Shown: positions 61,261-64,000 of the stretch, piece by piece
Layout: each line of letters begins with the position of its first letter
Numbering within the stretch: position 1 is the stretch's first letter
NCBI GenBank assembly: GCA_044440125.1
Contig: JBITAJ010000004.1
Span: 160,001 to 224,000 of the forward strand
DNA from: Sedimentisphaeraceae bacterium JB056
Lineage (GTDB): Bacteria; Planctomycetota; Phycisphaerae; Sedimentisphaerales; Sedimentisphaeraceae
Length of the DNA stretch: 64,000 bases
Direction: 5' to 3'
Made by a program: the position numbers and the translations under genes
The notes under the pieces: generated by a model
Databases searched by the model: none
The model's input: only the letters and a program-made list of their open reading frames with translations
What the model was told of the DNA's origin: nothing

Positions 61261-61328
61261 TGCCTTGTGCCAGGTGCCTCGTGCCTTCTTCCAACTACTA
61301 ACTTCTGACTACTGACTGAAAACTTAAA
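61261..61328. repeat. Heptamer tandem repeats (GTGCCnn; ACTnCTR)
   Basis: tgccttgtgccaggtgcctcgtgcct ... actactaacttctgactactgactgaaaact. Confidence 0.55.
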
Positions 61329-61329
61329 A

Positions 61330-61734
61330 ATGGCAAAAAAAACCAAAAAAACAGCTAAGAAAAGCACAGAAAAGAATCTCTGCGAGGGTTGCGGCGGCAG
61401 GTGTTGCCGATATATCGCATTCCCGATTGACAACCCGGAGACAAAAAAAGAGCATGACGACATCAGGTGGTACCTGTGCCATGAGGGAATCAGCGTATTT
61501 GTGGAGGACGACCAGTGGTATGTCTCGGTCAAAAGTGACTGCCGCCACCTCGACCCCAAGACAAATAAATGCTGTATCTACGGAGAAAGACCCGAAATCT
61601 GCCGCCAGTTCGACCCAACCGGATGTGAATACCGCTCAGAAGAGTATGGCTACCAGCTCCATTTCACGAACGACAAGGAAATGGCAGACTACATAAAAAT
61701 CAAATTCGACAACAACAAAATCCCCAAGAAATAA
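61330..61734 (+). CDS. YkgJ family cysteine-cluster protein
   Basis: CEGCGGRCC...CRHL...CCIYGERPEICR. Confidence 0.9.
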   Translation: MAKKTKKTAKKSTEKNLCEGCGGRCCRYIAFPIDNPETKKEHDDIRWYLCHEGISVFVEDDQWYVSVKSDCRHLDPKTNKCCIYGERPEICRQFDPTGCEYRSEEYGYQLHFTNDKEMADYIKIKFDNNKIPKK

Positions 61735-61764
61735 GCAGTACAGACGCTTTTCGCAGGATACTAT

Positions 61765-62568
61765 ATGATTGTTTTATATACCAAGGGCGGCCTATGCAAT
61801 AGAATGAGAGCGATTGACTCTGCACTAGCCGTAAGCCGGAAAACAGACCATAAACTGCTAATCATATGGCCTCTCGACAGCGATCTCAACTGCCGATTTG
61901 AAGAGCTTTTTATACCACTGGAAAACACCTCTGTAATCAACTCACGGCTATCCAAAACAGCTTTTAAGATAATCCAGAAAGCTTTCTCATTCCTGGAATT
62001 CATACCTTCACTTAAAACAATAAACGACACTCAGATAAATCAGATGGGCCTTAATAAGTTCCGAAGCCGTATATGCTCCATGGTCGCTGAAAGCAGATTT
62101 TTCCTTATATCATCAATGAACAGGCTCTATTCAGAACACGAAAAATACGAGTCAATGAAGCCCAATCGGGAGATATCCGAGAGAATAGAAAAAGAAACGG
62201 TGAAATTTGACGCTCATACGATAGGTCTTCACATCCGCCGTACAGACAACACCATATCGATAGAAAAAAGTCCCCTGTCACTATTTGAGAACGCCATGGA
62301 ACAGGAGATCGAAAAAGACCCGCAGGCCAACTTCTATATCGCCTCAGACTGCGTTGAAACTAAAAAACATCTCAGCGGCAAATTCCACGGCAAGGTAATA
62401 ACAAACTTCTCACCATCCTCAAGAGACTCTCAGGAAGGCGTGAAACAGGCAATGACCGAACTCTATGCTCTCTCGAAAACCCGCAAAGTCTACGGCTCAT
62501 ACTGGAGCTCGTTCTCAAGAACAGCACACGAAATCACCAGTATAGAAGGAATTACTCTTGAAAAATAA
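61765..62568 (+). CDS. Fucosyltransferase-like glycosyltransferase
   Basis: GGLCNR, GLHIRRTD, FYIASD, GSYWSSFS. Confidence 0.75.
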   Translation: MIVLYTKGGLCNRMRAIDSALAVSRKTDHKLLIIWPLDSDLNCRFEELFIPLENTSVINSRLSKTAFKIIQKAFSFLEFIPSLKTINDTQINQMGLNKFRSRICSMVAESRFFLISSMNRLYSEHEKYESMKPNREISERIEKETVKFDAHTIGLHIRRTDNTISIEKSPLSLFENAMEQEIEKDPQANFYIASDCVETKKHLSGKFHGKVITNFSPSSRDSQEGVKQAMTELYALSKTRKVYGSYWSSFSRTAHEITSIEGITLEK

Positions 62569-62580
62569 TAGATAATTCAC

Positions 62581-62607
62581 GTAGGGAACGCCATCCCCAA
62601 CGTTCCG
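62581..62607 (+). repeat. GTAG-type REP, copy 2
   Basis: GTAGGGAACGCCATCCCCAACGTTCCG. Confidence 0.7.
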
Positions 62608-62756
62608 CAAATCACAATAATCCTGAAGTCCAAATCTTTTTTAGTGTCTTTTCGTCAATTTCGTGGTTAATTTCCCCTTTTCAATCCCGTAGCGACTGCC
62701 CCAAAAACAGTACCGCGAATGGAAATGAGCGGGCAATCCCCCTAAATCCCAAATCA

Positions 62757-64000
62757 TCAATTTTCAGCAGTCGTCATCCATTCAATAGTATTCAGCCAAT
62801 TTGCGGTCAGTTTCGCAAGATCAGACATATCAACAATACCGTCACGGTTGAAATCTCCCTCAAGAGTCCAATCACCTCTGGAAGCTTCCATTGTACCGCC
62901 ATAAGCACCCATATTTATCCTGCCCCCATGCGGCATAATTTCCCTGCATACATCCATACCCGGATCACCGGAATTAACACAAGGACTTGTCGCCTCATCA
63001 ACCACCCAAAGGTCAAGATCAGGCCGATATCTGCCCAATTCAGAACGAAGCCTGTAATCGCCATTTTCAAAATCAGCAAATAGAGGATTATTAAATATAT
63101 TGCCCTCACCAACGCCTTCACCAATCCGCTCAACACAACTATATCGAGCATAACAACCGGAAATATCTTGAGTGCTGTTATACCAGAATATACAATTAAC
63201 AACATCAGGTCCTGCACCATTCAATGCCATAAGTCCATTAAAGTTAGACAAGAAATTCACATTCTGAATAACAGGAGAACTTCCGGAAGCAAACACTCCA
63301 ATATAACTGTTTAGTATAGTAACATTCTTAAGAACACTTTCCCCATCTTCCCCGTCAATTAATGATACAGCAATTTGATCTCCGCCATCAATTATCACAT
63401 CACCGCCTGCTCCTTCAACTGTTACAGGCTTACCATCAAAGTAGATATTCTCCTGATAAGTACCCGGAAAAACAATGATACGGTCATTTAAGGCCGCACT
63501 GTCAATCGCAAATTGAATAGTAGCAAAAGCAGTCTCAGGGCTCAATCCATCATTATTGTCACTGCCGTAAATCCCGCCAACATAATAATCACCGCTTGCC
63601 GGTTCAACCATAATAGTTTTTTCTGCCATTGCCCACATACCGGAATCGTAATACAGAACAGCAATTGATCCCTCATAAGCCGGCGCAATTTCAGTAATCT
63701 TCACAAATCCGCTATCACTGATTTCAGCATACAGATTCGGGAAAAGCGACCAAGTGGCATCTTGAGTAACATCTACTATATTTCCATTATCATAATAGGC
63801 ATAAGTTTTAAATTGAGCATTATTATTTACCAGAGCAGGCCCTTCGATTTCTATTTTTGTTAGAATTGGTCCCTGCTGGCCATCTGAATATATTTTAACA
63901 TTATCTATAGCAACCGAGTTGCCCAAATCACTGGAACTGCTATTGCTTATGCGGAAAGAACCGAGACTCTCCGCACCAAGATCAACTGATTTTATGAGTG
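62757..64000 (-). CDS. Secreted beta-helix (pectin-lyase-like) protein with Ig-like domain and C-terminal dockerin (5' end outside window)
   Basis: Frame open to the window edge; GSDNNDGLSPETAFATIQ.AID, PGTY.E, GGRINMGAYGGT, GDFNRDGIVDMSDL..LTANWL. Confidence 0.85.
   Translation of the reverse strand, partial: LIKSVDLGAESLGSFRISNSSSSDLGNSVAIDNVKIYSDGQQGPILTKIEIEGPALVNNNAQFKTYAYYDNGNIVDVTQDATWSLFPNLYAEISDSGFVKITEIAPAYEGSIAVLYYDSGMWAMAEKTIMVEPASGDYYVGGIYGSDNNDGLSPETAFATIQFAIDSAALNDRIIVFPGTYQENIYFDGKPVTVEGAGGDVIIDGGDQIAVSLIDGEDGESVLKNVTILNSYIGVFASGSSPVIQNVNFLSNFNGLMALNGAGPDVVNCIFWYNSTQDISGCYARYSCVERIGEGVGEGNIFNNPLFADFENGDYRLRSELGRYRPDLDLWVVDEATSPCVNSGDPGMDVCREIMPHGGRINMGAYGGTMEASRGDWTLEGDFNRDGIVDMSDLAKLTANWLNTIEWMTTAEN

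Noticed and set aside
62630..62756. Degenerate short repeats (ttagtg/ttcgtc/ttcgtg; aatccc), similar to 22812-22915
   Set aside because: Too short and degenerate to define as elements from this window alone.
434..63220. Numerous short antisense or alternate-frame ORFs in the track (e.g. 2598..3308, 17702..18313, 20791..21528)
   Set aside because: They are shadows of well-supported genes and carry no motifs of their own.

Overview
Bacterial chromosomal window, most likely from an anaerobic planctomycete (Phycisphaerae/Sedimentisphaerales-like). This is inferred from three secreted proteins with dockerin-type 'DxNxDGxVxxxDLxxLxxxWL' repeats. The core genes are an alkaline-phosphatase-family enzyme (partial), S41 protease, nitrilase-family hydrolase, hisG, an ABC-F ATPase, polA, porin-pstSCAB-phoU and an extended arsenic-resistance cluster. 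Accessory modules are interspersed: two YefM-YoeB pairs with visible operators, a decaying AT-rich islet with one frameshifted and one TAG-interrupted gene, a Tsp45I-like type II R-M pair, an ABC-ATPase+TOPRIM (PARIS-like) pair, and a sigma54-driven VIT-vWA/rhombosortase/hydrolase unit. The best candidate for an undescribed system is an AT-rich three-gene operon at 22943-29455: a KAP NTPase, an orphan protein, and a 1523-aa protein with degenerate STAND-like motifs plus a long TPR array. It is preceded by a 184-bp segment bounded by 20-bp inverted repeats. Several intergenic repeat families are also present (heptamer-repeat hairpins, GTAG REPs, duplicated hairpins). No CRISPR array, tRNA, rRNA, integrase or transposase was seen. 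All calls are by-eye motif recognition; no database searches were run.
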